Source: Lama glama
Lineage: Eukaryota
Assembly (NCBI GenBank): GCA_028534125.1
Contig: CM052849.1
Span: forward strand, 5,766,001 to 5,830,000
DNA: 64,000 nucleotides
Direction of reading: 5' to 3'
Made by a program: the position numbers and the translations under genes. The notes under the pieces are model-generated. The model worked only from the letters and a program-made list of their open reading frames with translations. It had not been told where the DNA came from and did not search any database. Shown here piece after piece: positions 25,150 to 39,300 of the stretch; positions within the stretch are counted from its first letter, which is position 1; each line of letters opens with the position of its first letter.

Positions 25150-25370
25150 CCATTCACCCATGTATAGATCAACCCATTCATCCATCCATCTGGCCATTCA
25201 TTCTCCATCCATTTATTCATCCCTCTGCTTACCCCTCCTTCCATCCATTCTCCATCATGCATTCATCCATCCATCGTTACACTTCTCCATGTACCCATCT
25301 GTCCATCTCCCCACCTACCCATCCACCTATCCATCCACTCATCTACCCATCCATCCATCCATTCATCCTT
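25150..25370 (+). repeat. Degenerate (TCCA)n microsatellite
   Basis: Read directly. Confidence 0.9.
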
Positions 25371-25784
25371 TTCTCATATACTTGAGACTAGGCAGGGCTG
25401 AGGCAGATTCAACTGTCTTCTGGAAGAATAAGTCTGCATCTTCAATTCTGTCATTTCAATGTGGATTCTTCATTCCTCAGACAAGACCTGAGGCTCCTGG
25501 AACACATTCTGTTTCAGTCCATGATGGTAGCCTGGTCCCCCATGAAATGGGGACCACCTAATTTCCCTGAGAATCCCTGGTCCCTCTAACACAAGCTCGC
25601 TTCTCATTCTCAATCAGGCTGCACAGAGAAAGCTTTCAAGCTTATAATTAGTCCTTTTCGAGGACTGAAGACCTTCATGTGCACAATCACATTTAATTCT
25701 CATAGGTTTCTGAGAGGTAAGTGTTACCATCACTTTCCTCCCGCTGCCCCCATGTCAGCTACTGCCTCCTGTATGCCAGGCCAG

Positions 25785-26220
25785 TCTTTTCCAAACATGC
25801 TTCAAGCACCGTATCCATTTCTCCCTACCCCCATACCTCCAGGACTGTTACTTATTTCAGATGTTTAATTTAAAATGATCTTTTTTGGACACAAATAACT
25901 ATATCAAAAGAAGCTTTACATCACTTTTACAAGCAGAAAGCTAATATTTTGTTATAAGTAAAAGATATTCATAAAAATGCATACAGTAACAAGAGCAGGG
26001 CTCTTACAGCATTGCCTGCTCAAGGCTCCGGGCTGGTAGCCTGTTCTTCCTTTGCTACAACGAGAGGTTAGTAAGTGTTAAAGGCACATTAGCATCCAGT
26101 GAAGACTTTCTCCTAGCTGTAATCAGGTTTAAAAAAAAGTCTTTTTATGTACTATTTCCCCTAAAATCCTCAGAGTACTTAAATCACGTGTGAATCCTGC
26201 ATCTGGGGCAACATTTTGTT
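25785..26220 (+). mobile_element. Old hAT-Charlie remnant (MER113-like); related copy at about 29960-30430
   Basis: The two regions are mutually similar (ttgcctgctcaaggctc / ctgcttgctgaaggttt; tttctcc...aatca). Family name is from recall. Confidence 0.5.
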
Positions 26221-26283
26221 CATATCATTACACACATGGTCTCATTTCATCCTGCACCAACTCCAAGGAACTAGGCATAATAG

Positions 26284-26706
<423 letters not shown>

Positions 26707-27397
26707 TAGAGCAAGGGAGTCAGATGAGCAAGAGAATGAAGGAAAACCTAATTGCAGAAATCAATCTACAATGGCGAACAACCATGGTACGTGTGGCACA
26801 GGTGCCAGGCAGTGTGTCAGGAAACTGGGACTCTGATGCTGGGGAAGGGGGCATGGGAGTGGTCAGGGGTGATCAGGGGAGACAGCTCCCAAAGGCTGGG
26901 AACCAACTCAGCCATGTGAGCAGCCTTCCAGGGAACAGTGCATGCGGAGTTCCTGAAGTGAGGGTGGACTGGGTGTGACCAGAAAACTAAAACGGGCCCG
27001 GTGTGGCTGCAGCCGAGGGAGTGGAGGGGAGTGGGGTGCATGATGGGTTGGGAGGAATTAAATGCTTCTCTGGAAGATTCTGCCCCTCACTGGCACTGGC
27101 TCTGTGCCATTGATCAAGAACCTTGACCTCTCTGAGCCTCTGCATCCCTGATCATAATAATAAAAATAGCAGATACTTTTTTTTTGGAGTACTTGGTACA
27201 TGCCGGGCATCCTGCTAGGTGCTCTGTATGGCTTAACTCCATGAAGTAGAGGCTGACGCCCCCTTTCCAGGGATGAGGAGGGTCCTTCCAGCCTGGGCAG
27301 CAGCAATCCCAGCGAGTCCCACCCTGGCCTGAGCAGACAGCTCTCTCTCTCCCCCCCTGCATTCTTCACGCCCCTGACCCAGCCTCTCCTTCCCTAG

Positions 27398-27540
27398 GAT
27401 GCCCAGGAGCACAAGCTCTCCCTGTTTGAAGGTGCCAACTTCAAGGGCAACACCTTGGAAATCCAGGATGACGACGTGCCCAGTCTCTGGGTCTACGGCT
27501 TCTGTGACCGTGTGGGCAGCGTGAAGGTCTCCAGTGGAAC
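27398..27540 (+). CDS. CRYBB1: CRYBB1 exon 5 ([48 protein letters not shown])
   Basis: 143 nt; ccctag| and |gtaagc. Confidence 0.97.
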
Positions 27541-29347
27541 GTAAGCATCTCTCCGGCCAGGCCCTCAGCCCCTGCGTCAGGCACAGACTCAGAGACTGTC
27601 CCCCTTATTGAATATGACATCAGACGGGCAGGAAAGTTCCCGGCTCCTTCTCCGTTCTGCCAGTGCTGGTGTCAGGGTTCCACCAAGAGAGCTTCGTTCC
27701 TCTGGGGAGTGGAGTCGCACATTATTGCTTGTCAGTGTTGCTACTTGTCAGTGGCAACGATCCTAGCAGTTGGTTCTTAAAAGCTGGAAGATGGGGAAGA
27801 ATAGGGGCCTCTAAACCCCTATTTGGACTGCAGGAATAATTAAGCAAGGGAGGGCAGGGAGGATGTTAGTAGGTGAGTCTGTAGGTGTCTAGGGAAGGAG
27901 AAATTTAGGGAAATCGGAGCCTCTGGGGGAATGAGCAGAATGTATCTGAGAATTGATACTGTGTCCTGAAAGGATATGGCCTTGTCGCCGAAGTGCTGTG
28001 GACCCTGGGTAGGCCACGTGCCCCTCTCTGTGTCTCAGTGTTGCCATCTATATAGTGGGCACACCAGATGCCTTGAGTTCAAAGGACTCTGTCTGCTCCG
28101 AACCCTCAGGATTTGAAGCTTTCAGAACACAGCCCCACGACCCCATGTCTTTGAGAACCCAGGGAGGACTGGATGCCCAAAGGAGGTCACTTTATCCATC
28201 CTCTGTCCCCAAACAGCCATGCCAGACACCCTGGTCTCCTCTAAGCAAATGTAAGGTGACTACCTGTCCACCACAGACTCTTTCTGAGATCCTGTAACAT
28301 CGTCAGGGCCCTGGTCTTTTTCTTATTTTTTTCCTCTTTCCCTGAAAAGTACCCCTTCCTTCAAACTATCTGAAATGTATTAACCATTGCCTGTGAGTCA
28401 GACATTGTGCCAGGCACACTGAGGGAGGCACAGATGAATAAGGCTCAGTCCCCACCCTCAGTGGGTTCTCAGTCTAGCAGGGAGGTGTGAGTGTACCTGT
28501 GAGACGGTGTCTGATGGTTCTAGGTAAGAGATGGTCCACACAGGAGGTCAGAGGAGGGAGGAAGGTTTCTGGGACCGGGGCGTGTGTGCTGGAATGGAGA
28601 GCAGGTCTGAGGCTTATCTGAGGAGGCTGGAACTTAAACCAGACTTTGAAAGCTGGGCAGGGGGCTGGGAGATGCCTAGAAAGATCCTCCCAGCAGAGGC
28701 AATGACAGAATTAGAAATAAATCATTGTTAATAACTTACATTAGGTGCTTACTGTGTACCAAGCACTGTGCTAACTACTTTCAATGACTAGTTCTCAAGT
28801 CTTTACAACACACCTGTGAGACAGGTGTGTTATCATCTCCAGTTCAGATAGCAAGCTGGGGTTCTGAGCAGTCATCTGCCTCGATTCTCCCAGCTGGTAA
28901 ATGGCAATGCTAGGATTTGAACTGGGTCTGTCTGCTATCACAGAATATGCGTTCCCAACTAGCGCGCACAAATCCACTGACAAGCAAAGGAAACCATTTT
29001 TGAAAACAAGGCTCCCCCTTCTTATCTTTCTCATTGCTAACCAGCCCCTAGGCCCCATCTTCACTCCCTTTGCTCCTGTTCTCTGAGCTCCAGGTCACCA
29101 CTTTTGGTGGGATGTGTACTAACACCCTAATACATCAGCTACCATGAGCACCCCACTTTCTAGAGGAGAAAACTGAGGTCTGTTAGAGAGGTGAGATCAC
29201 TGGCCAAAGCCAGTAGGAAGCCAAACCAGCACAGAGGAGCCCAGGTGATCCAGGCTCAGGCCCTCACAGGTGAGGGATGGAGAGCCGACTGCAGGGGTGG
29301 CTGGAGAACCAGCCGGTCCAGGTGGGGGTCTCGGTGCTAGGCAGTGA

Positions 29348-29572
<225 letters not shown>

Positions 29573-29640
29573 GTCCCCACTCCTCTCTTCTCCCTTGCCC
29601 CACCCTTCTGCGGGCTCATCTTCCCCATCTTCCCCATGCA

Positions 29641-29646
29641 AATAAA
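29641..29646 (+). terminator. CRYBB1: CRYBB1 polyadenylation signal AATAAA
   Basis: Canonical hexamer about 70 nt after the stop, followed by GT/T-rich sequence. Confidence 0.85.
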
Positions 29647-32600
29647 AGTTCCTAAAGCCAAAATGTCTCCTGCGTCTGTGAACAGACATATGCCTCAAGG
29701 TCCCTTGTCGTTGCTGGCCTGTGACTTCCTCTGTCTTGACAATTACAATAATAAAAACAGCAAGCACCACTAAGTCCTTTACATTCTCTTAGTGTATCTT
29801 TTGGACTACTCTAGGAGGCCAGTATGATATAATTATTCCTATTTAACCAGGGAAGAAATTGAGGCCCAGAGAGGGGAAGTGACTTGCCCAAGGTCACACA
29901 GCTAGCATGGCACAATTTGAACCCAGGCAGTCTGGCTTCAGAGCTACACCCTTAAACAAACCTGTGTTTTCAGATTCTTCTCCTTCATGTACCACTCTCC
30001 TGATTTTTTGCCTTCTCTGCTTACCATCTGTTTAGTTATTTACTTAATATTTTTATTTGAATAGGCAATCTTGTGTGCTTCAGTGCACTGATTTGTAAAT
30101 AAAACTTTAGAACACTACAGGATATGGAAAATCGGCATCATATGTCAGAGATAGAGCAATCATCTAAATGAGTACAATTTAAAGAAGGCCAAGTATTGAA
30201 TTCTCAGCAGACACCACTGCTTGCTGAAGGTTTTAAGGCTGCAATCTGCTCACTCTTTGACAGAATAGGTGATGAGTGAGAGTAAGAGACAGGTATGAGA
30301 GACATGCTTGAACCAAACAGATTTTTCTCCCTGATTCAATCAAAGAAGACCGAGAAGAACGTTATTTTCTTGTATCTGATTCAGTGTTATTTAATCCTGG
30401 GTCCAAGTTCCACCTGGAATCACCTCTCCTATTGCAAATGGCACGAGCCGTGCTCTGGAAATCTGCACCAGGCAGGATTGACTCTATATAAACAAGTGGC
30501 ATTGATTGTTCTTAACCATTAATCTAGGCAGGAAGCCTAGGGGAGGTGTTGCCATGGATATCTTCCTGGAGGCGGGAATATTAGAAGGGAGCCTTGAAGG
30601 ATGACGCAGGAGCTTGCTTGGTAGAGAATAGGGGAGATGACATTCCAGGTAGAGCAAATGCCAGGGTCCCTGCTATCCCATACCTTTGTGCAAGTGATAA
30701 AAGTTGCCTCTTCCTCAAGACATTTGATTGCCTTCCACCAGAAATTATTTGTATAAATCTGTGATGTATATGATGTCAGTATGGTACCCTTGAGCTGTGC
30801 CCAAGTACAACTGTACTTGGCAGCCCCAGAGCACCATGGGCAAAGGCACAGAGGCTGAGAGAGCTTGTGGTGGGTCCAAGCAGAGCTTATTAAAGTGGGA
30901 GGAGTCCCTTGGTGGTTGTGTGGCTAGAAGTCGGGCATGGGAAGAGAATGCTGAGTGTGGCAGAAGCGGAGGCTGGAAAGAAAAGTGGGGCCTCCTGACA
31001 GCCCACTCTGTGGTTTGGCTGAGCTTCACATAGAAGATCTTCCCCTCCAGGACGTGCGTTTTCTCTCTTCCTCCCATCCTCGTTTTCCCACCCTCCACCC
31101 TCCAATTTGACCAGCATCTTGTGTTAGAAGACAGGCTGCCTTGTCTTGAACTAGAAGTAAGGATTCCTGGGTAGGAATTAGGAGATGTGAGTGTTAACCG
31201 TGCTCTTCCATTGGAAGCTGCAAAGTGTTGGACAAATCACTTCCATCCCCAGGGCCTCAGTCTTCCTGTCTGTGGAAAATAACAGCTCAGATGTCCATCC
31301 AGCCTCAAGATTCTAACACTGGGATTCTGTGGTTCCAAAATTCCGTGATTCTCCAAGATTCTGTAAATGATCTCTAAGTGTCCACGGTTCTCTGATTCCA
31401 GTGTCAAGCTACATAGATGCCCATTCTCAGTTCCTAAGGTGTGTGAATGCCGCTCTAAAATTCTACTGTAGTGGACTCCTTCGAGCCACACAAACCCAAC
31501 TTTCATACTTCTTCAATGCTGAGACCTCCCTGATGGCAAGGGGCACCAGAATATTATGATCCAAGAAAGAAAAAGAGAAATACTATCCATTCAGATGTAA
31601 CACAGCTGCTTTCTGATCACTTGGAATTTTTATTTCATACTTACTGAAAGAACTATTTTAAATTTATTTAGACATCACTTTTTCGGTGTATCCATCTTGT
31701 GAGTCCCATAAAAGGAAATCACAATAGAAATCCATCAATTAAGTGAGTTCTTAAACTTCTTTGCAGTCGGAGTCTATATCTTCCAGGCTACTTTCCACTC
31801 ACAGCGGGTGACGTCCTTACCTTCTCACAGGTGTTATGTGAAGAAGAAGGTGCCTATTAGCATTGCTGAATCATAACATATACACTTGGGAAAACTAACC
31901 GGCAAAACCCAGAAGAAAATAACAAAGAACTTATTTTATATTTAATTTGTTTTATCCATACATTTATTTAACTTTTGCTAATGAATTCATGAATAAGCAA
32001 AACATGCAGTAATAAAAAAAAACCCCAGAAAACAAATAAAAATTACAAGCCAAAATAGCGAACAAAGGTAAAAATAAACAGGGGAAAAACAGGAACATCT
32101 AAAAAGCCCAGGAGTGAATGGGACAAAGAGTCATCAACCGATGGTTCCTTCCATGGGTCCTGGTTCCAACATGTCTCTCGAAATGTGAGCATCTCACCAC
32201 CTGGAAGAGAATTTCAGAGCTTAAAAATAAGTCACATTTTTTTGCTCCGAAACAGAAACTTCCAGTTTTGACTTCATTAGCTTGAGACGTGAAGGTGTTA
32301 GCTGAGTTGGGGGTGCTGAGAGGAGAGGGACCAGGAGATCATTCTGGTCCCTTTCTTTAGGGCCACCACTGAGACCTGCCAATCTTGTCTTCTAGACATC
32401 TTTGGAACGCAAACACACCCTCCATGCCCCCAGCCCTGCCTGGGTCGACCTGCTTTCCCTGGAGTACTTCCAACAGCCTCTAAAACAGTCTCCCTGCCTG
32501 TCCTCTTCTGCACAACAGCCAGAGGATCTTTGCAGAAAGCAAAGCTGACGTGTCTTTCCCCAACTGAACTCCTCCCCTATCTCTCCATCTCTGCAAGACG

Positions 32601-33702
32601 AAGTCCTGACTCCTTAGAGCGCAAAAAGCCCTGCAGCATCCAGCCCCTGCGGACCCCCCTGATCTCCTCTCACCCCACCCCACATCCTGTCCACTCTGCC
32701 CTTCATGCAAGGCTCCATGACAAATGTCCTCCCTGCTGGACCTTTGTCCCTGCAGGTCCCTGTGACCAGAACCTTCTTTTATGAACTCTTCAGGCTTCAC
32801 TGCAAACACCCCTGGCTCTTCTTATTTGGACCAGGTTAATTGCTCTGTACCTAAGTCCACAATGCTCGTTGGAGGGTCCAGATTCCCCTACTCAGATGCA
32901 CAACCCTAGTCCTCCTGTTACCTGCTGACTCGCTCAGGAAATGCATGTTGCTAGAATATTATTAAACACATGCCCCACCCATTCAGACCTCTTCCCTTGA
33001 TCTCCATTTCTCCACCCAGAAGAGGATATTATAAAACACCCAGCAGGGTTACTATGTAGTTAGTCATACTAAGCCTGTAATATGTGCACAATGAACACTA
33101 TATAACATTATTTTATTGCTTCCAGACCAGTAACAGTGGGGCTCCATGGAGGCAGGGGATTTCATTTTGTCAGTTTTAGCACTTTCTACATGGCAGGCAC
33201 TATTTATTGGACATATGAAGAAATTAATGAATGAGCTATGAATAAACATATGGCTGACCATGGACAAATTAATGTCTGCATGTCATTTTTTCCTTATCTG
33301 TAAAATGGGGATGAAAATAGACCTCTCACAAGGCTATTAAAGGTTTGAATGTGTAAATATAGAAAGTGTTTAGAACAATGGCTAAATAGTATGTAAATAT
33401 ATATATAATATATAGGTAGTTATATATATATATATTTGCTGTTATGGTGGAACTATTACAGAAATTTATTTTACATAGATAATATATACACATGGCTAAA
33501 AAAAATTCAAGCAGAACAAAGAACAAAGGTTCACAGTGAAGAGTAAGACCGCATTCCTTCCTCCCCTTCCTTCAGGTACTCAATGTACATGCATATATAG
33601 ACATATAATCTTTCCCATTTTACAGATGGAGAAAGGGAGGCACAGAGAGGTTAAACTGAGCTGAGATCTACTAGCCTGGAGTTTTATTTTATTCTTGTCT
33701 AT

Positions 33703-33810
33703 CAGGGTTTCACAACCTCACATTCTTGACATTTTAGGCTGGATGCTTCTTCGCTGCGGCGGCGGAGGGCGGCCCGCAGGACAAAATTACACCCTCCTTG
33801 AGAACCACTG
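33703..33810 (-). mobile_element. Internally deleted MER20
   Basis: Both ends are present (cagggtttcacaacctc...ttgagaaccactg) but the element is only about 108 bp. Confidence 0.7.
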
Positions 33811-33929
33811 ATGAGTATGAATTGTATGATAGCCTGTCTCTCTTTTCTCTCTGTTTTACACAAGCAGTAGCATAAGAACACTCCACTCCCTTGCTTATAG
33901 ACAGAAGGGAACTGCTCTTAAACAGAGCT

Positions 33930-34700
33930 ACCCCGGGAGGAAAAGTGGTGAGCCGCCTATCCTGGGGGTAAGCCGGCAACGCAGACCGGGGCTCCACTGC
34001 CGGCTGTCAGCAAGCGGGGACGCCCCGCCCCCACCGCGCGGTCCGGAGGCGGGGCCGAGGGGGAGGGGAGCGGCGGTGGGCGTGGCCGCGCCCCCGGGCC
34101 CGCCCCCACGCTCTACGTCACGGCGCCGCGGCTCCGCCCCCGGCGCGGGCATCTCCCCCTCCCCCGGCCGGGGAGGCTGGCGAGCCGCGAGTCGCTGGGC
34201 GCGCGGCGCTTTCTCGGCGCGCCTCGCACGGTAGGTGGCCCCGGGGCGGCGCGGGGGGCCTGGCTTGCAGCCGCCGGCAGGTGGCCGCCCGCGGGTCGGC
34301 CTCGGGCGCGGGGAAGCCCTCGGCCCTCGCGGCTTCTTCCCAGGCCCGGCGCGGCTGCTCGGGCTCCGGGGCTGGTTGCTGGGAGGGAGGCGGCGCGGGC
34401 GGGCGGTGCGCGAATCCGCACCCGCCCGGAGCTCTGAGCGCTTTCTGCCGGGTGCGGCGGAGACCTGGCCCCTATGACCGCGATTCCGGCTTCGGACCCT
34501 GCGTCCGGGAGGCGCTCAGCGTGTGTGAGTGTGTTTGTGTGTGTTGGCGGGGGAGGCGGCGTGTCTCCGCTGTCTGAGTCCCTGACCCCTCCCCGGCGCG
34601 TGGGGCCCCCAGCGCGGGCGCCGGGACGCGCCGAGGGGCGCGTGGAAGTTAACTTGCAGTCGCCGTGGAGTTGTAAGGCGTATCTAAAGCTGAGGGACTG
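33930..34700 (+). promoter_or_regulatory. TPST2: CpG-island promoter, probably tyrosylprotein sulfotransferase 2
   Basis: Very high GC and CpG density, multiple GC boxes, and a CRE-like TACGTCA near 34114. Identity comes from conserved CRYBA4-CRYBB1-TPST2 order and orientation, not from coding sequence. Confidence 0.75.
34150..34230 (+). other. TPST2: Putative non-coding exon 1 of TPST2; intron 1 runs to the window end
   Basis: Donor ACG|gtaggt at 34230/34231 inside the CpG island. Start is approximate. Confidence 0.55.
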
Positions 34701-35649
34701 GGGGGCGGAAATCAATGCCTGGGGAGAGGGGGCACCAAGAGTATTCTATAGGGGCAGCCCTGGTGAACTTAGGGGTCACCCACCAGGAGCGGGGAGGAAT
34801 CTAACCAGATGATCTCACCGCCCTGCAACCTCCCCCTCTCAGTGAGAGCTGAACGGAAGGTTCCCCGTAAACCTGGGACTGGGAAAGGGGACATGATCAC
34901 CAAGGTTGGGCACAGTCTGTTATTATTATATAGGACAGAGGTCAGGGTCTGGCTTTTCCACTTAAAGGCCCGTCCCCTGGGAAGGAAAGGTGGGACCCAT
35001 CCGATTGAGTGTAATAATTTGAGAGGCCTATCACCTTGTCTGCCTCCCATTTTGCAGATGGGGAAACTGAGGCTCAGAAAGATCATGTGTCCATGGCCCT
35101 AGATCCCACAGCTAGGACGTGGCAGAGCTGAAATTCACCCTCAGGCCCCCTGACTTCATGAGTCTTGTAGAGATGTTGGGGAGGAGGGCTGGAAAACTCC
35201 TACTCATCCTTCAGAAGCCTCCTCATACTGCACCTCCTCCTGGAAGCCCTCCCTGGAACTCTCCATTGTTGGGGGTTTCCTGTTTTGAATCCCACAGAGG
35301 TAACTGGCCCTTTCCCACACTTGTGAGCCTCTTTACAGGTCTGTCTCCCATTCTGGGCTGTGGGCACCTCTACCTATGTCCCATCTCATATCCTTTCGTT
35401 CAGCTGGGTGGCTTGATGGTTAGGCAAGGCCTCTGGGTTTGGACATACTTCAGTGTGACTCACTCTAGTTTAGTAGTGATGTGGCCTGGGCAAGTCATTC
35501 CCCCTTACTCAGCCTCAGTTTTCATGACTGTAAAATCGGGTTTATTGTATCATTTATGAACCATTTTAACCCACTGAATCCCAGTTGTGCTATTATTTAC
35601 TTAATGTATATATTTATATCACCTTTATAAAAATATCATATAAGTTTTA

Positions 35650-36300
35650 AAATGGTAGCTTTATTGATAGAACTCATATGCCACCCTTTTAAAGTATTCA
35701 ATTCAGTGGTTTTGGGGGATATACACAGAGTTGTGCAACCATCCTCACTGTCTAATTCTAGGACATTTTCATTACCCGAAAAGAAACCCTGGGTCCATCA
35801 GCGGTCCCTCTCAATCCCTCCTCCCGCTAGCTCCTGGCAACCACTAATCTACTTTCTGGCTCTATGGCTTTGCCTAGGCAGGACATTTCATACAAATGGA
35901 ATCGTGTCCTGTGGTCTCTTGTGATTGGTAGTTTTCACTGAGGATGTTTCTACGGTTCGTCCGTGTGATAATATACGGCAGTACTTCATTCCTTGTTTAT
36001 TTTAGTATTTCATTACTTTTTATGGCTAAACACGTTGTATGGATATACTGCACTTTATCCATTTATTAATTGTTGGGCATTTGGGTCGTTGCCACTCTGG
36101 GGCTATTTTGAATAATGCTGCTGTGAAAATTTGGGTACAAGTCTGTGTGTGGGCGTGTGTTTTCAGTTCTCTGGGGCATAGCCCTAGGAGTGGAATTGGG
36201 GTCACATGGTAACGCTACGTGTTACCTTTTGAGGAACCACCAAACTGTTTTCTAAAGCAGCTGCACCACTTTACAATCCCACCAGCAGCAGATGAGGGTT
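35650..36300 (-). mobile_element. L1M (L1MB-like) 3' fragment
   Basis: Typical antisense L1 3' sequence (ctcctggcaaccactaatctactt; ttttgaggaaccaccaaactgtttt). Confidence 0.85.
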
Positions 36301-39300
36301 CGGATAATCTTGAACTTAGTCTTACGTGGCTGTGATCTTGGAAATCACCGGCTCTGATGTGCTCGTTGTAAATTATTGTCTAACACACGAAATTAAGCTC
36401 CTCATTAGCAGAGTAACCATGCAGAGTGACCGGGAATCTCCGGGACCATCAATTAGGGAAACAGATCAGGTCTGTGGAGCGCTTAGCTGAGTTACAGGTG
36501 CCCCACGTCCCTCCTGTAACAGTGATGGACATTGGTTGAGGGCCTACTGCTAGACTCTGAGCAGGACAAGGGGTGGCAATGAGGAAGCCAGGGGCTCTCA
36601 GTGCCCACCCCAGGACCTGGCGCTGGGTCTGGTAGTGCCTTTAGGCACCTGTGCGTGGGATAAAGGAAAGGGGGGAAATGGCTCACACCTTCCCACTCCA
36701 GGCCAGCAGGGGTCCCTTGACAACTGAGGATCCTTGAAGGCCAGGGAGACCCTTGGAGGGTTTCCCAGATGGCAGCCCTAAGGGAAAGCCTGTCCCTTGG
36801 CTCCAAAATAGGGCCTGGTCTTGCCTGTGCTCACCCCGCCCCCATACCCCCATGCTCATTTGAAGGTGACCTCCCCTGGTGGCCACATCGGGGGCCTAAG
36901 TGAGCCACCGCTTACTTCAAGAGGTGTCACTCCCAGGCCTGAGACCAGCAGTCCTGAGTTAACAACGTCCCACCTGTGACATCCCGACACACAAACATCT
37001 CAACCCTTCTCCCAGGTGGCACCCCCGCACCTGGAATGCCCACCTCTCCCCTCACACTCTTGGCTTTCGGTGACAGTGAGGCTGCCCAGGAAGAGCCCAG
37101 GTCAGAGGGCCGAAGAACAATCCCTTGCTCCAAGGTCATTGGTTCTTCCTGAGGTTGAACCTGTCACCTACTGCTTTGGGACCTTCAGCCAGCGTTGATC
37201 TGTGTGTACCAGGGTCCCAGCCACCAGCCTCGCCTCGCCTCGCCTCGCCTGGGCAGCTCCTTTTTAGGGGGAGCTGGGGAGACCATGCTTTCTGATGGCC
37301 TTGTCCAGCCTCTCCTGCTTTTATGCATTCAGGCAGACTTTCCCTTTCTTGGCCTTTTTAAATCCTGAATTCCTGTGCTGGAAGAAGGCAGCCTGGGGAC
37401 ATGGAAACAGAGTTGAGGAGGCAGGCAAGGGGCTGCCCCTCTCTGGGCCTCTCTGCCGGGGAACGAGGGTGGACTGAGTCTGAACTCGGGTGCAGTACCA
37501 CCTTGGAATCAGTGAGGCTGTCACATGCATTATTATTATTATTTTTTATTGAAGTGTAGTCAGTCTACAGCGTTGTGTTAACAGATGCATTATTGACGTG
37601 ACTCTGGATCAGTTTGTAGCAAGAGCGGCAGGTCAGAAGTAGCTGGTATTGGTGATTGGACAGCCCGGGTGTGACCTGCGTGGCTTCGTTTTGCCATGTG
37701 GCATCGTCTTGGAAACTTGTTTGGGTGGCAGCTCCTGCCCTCCCCACTCGTCACCTGTTCTTAACACATGCAAAGCCCCTTGTCCTCTCAGAGTCATCTG
37801 CCCTCTCCGGGGCTGCGCCAGGGAAGGTTCTGGGATGCCCTGCTTGGGTCTCCTCCACCCCATGGGCTGCTGCGGCCCGAGGGTTTGTGGGAATGATTCA
37901 TTCAGAGGTGCCCGAGAGCTGGGCCAGGCCCCAGAAATGGCAGGGGGGACCTCAGAGGGCAGTGCTTACGTGCCCCGGGAGGAGCCTTTGTTACCTTGCG
38001 TGCTCAGCTCAGCTGGCGGGTAGCTGGCCCGTCTGCCAAGTGAATTCTTGCATCAGCCAGACTTTTGACCTGGGCGGCTGTGGCCAGGAGGTGGCGGGCA
38101 GGTGGAGGTGGCCAGAAAGTGGGTTTGGTGATAGCGTCCTCGAGGGCGATGTGTCTGAGTTCATCGGCTGCCTTCCCTTTGCATCCATTTTCTCGCGTGC
38201 AGGACAGAGGTGCAAATAGGTCCTACCTCCTGTGTTGCACGGGAGGGGTTGTGGGGGTCAAGTACCCACCCTGCTGCCAGGCAAAGTGCCAGACCCCAGG
38301 GTCAGACCTCTTTGGAATCTTCCAACATGTCCCTTTGTGAGCCTCGGCGTCCCCAGCTGTCCAGAGGCAGTAAATACAAGTGTACTGTCAACGGGGCTTA
38401 GTGGGCGCCAGGCAGTGTTCCAGGTACTTTGTGTACTTGAACTTGTTTAATTCTTCCAGCGGCCCGGTGAGGTGTAGACGCTGAGGCACAGAGAGGTGGA
38501 ATAATTGGCACGAGGTCGCCCAGCTAGGATGGGAGAGACGGGGTTAGAATCCAGGATCTACACTTGAAATTACCATCTTACCCGTTCTCAATACTGTCTT
38601 AATGCCTCACATGTAGAAAATGCTCAGAAAATGTCAGTTGTTATCGTTTCATTATTATCGAATTATTCTTATATGTTACAGCAAGGTAAAATTATTACGT
38701 GTCATTAATAATAATTCATCCTCTTCCCTGCCCCTTTGATCACACGCCTTCCTGGACAGACGGACTGAGCAGGGCTCTTGGCTTGTGAAGTCTAGATTCC
38801 TTCCCTCCAAAGTCCCCCCACTCCCTCCCTCTTCCCCCACTCCTGTGAGCATTTGGGGTGGGCTAGAGCTTGGAGGCAGCTGGATCCCCGCTCTGCCTCC
38901 ACATCGCTGTGTGACATTGCACCAGTTGCTTCCCCTCTCTGAGACTCAAGTTTCCCCACCTGTGAAATGGGCGGTTGGGCTGTAACAAGCTGTCAGTCAA
39001 TGGCTTCGACCCCTGGGATGGTTTTTGTTTAGCCCCCATGGTGTTTGATTTTAAAACAAGAAGACATTCAAATATTTTTAGAGAATAGTTTCAGTGTCTC
39101 ACTTTTTAGGGAAACTCAGGAGCTTGGGCCAAACCATCATGACCTGAAGCTGCCCCAGAGATGGATGGCCTGGGCTCTCCTGGTCCATCCCCATCGTCTC
39201 CTGGCCTCGAGGGCCCTCCAGCCCAGTGCACGTCTTCAGCGCTCTGAGAACACCAGGGACCTGCCTGAGTGTCACTTGAACAACAAGTAGATCCATTGCT

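Noticed and set aside
31305-31480. Degenerate (GATTCT)-type periodicity
   Set aside because: Follows a MIR-family element and fits an expanded MIR3/CR1-type tail.
33928-34812. Arg/Gly/Pro-rich ORFs on both strands
   Set aside because: Expected stop-codon depletion in a CpG island.
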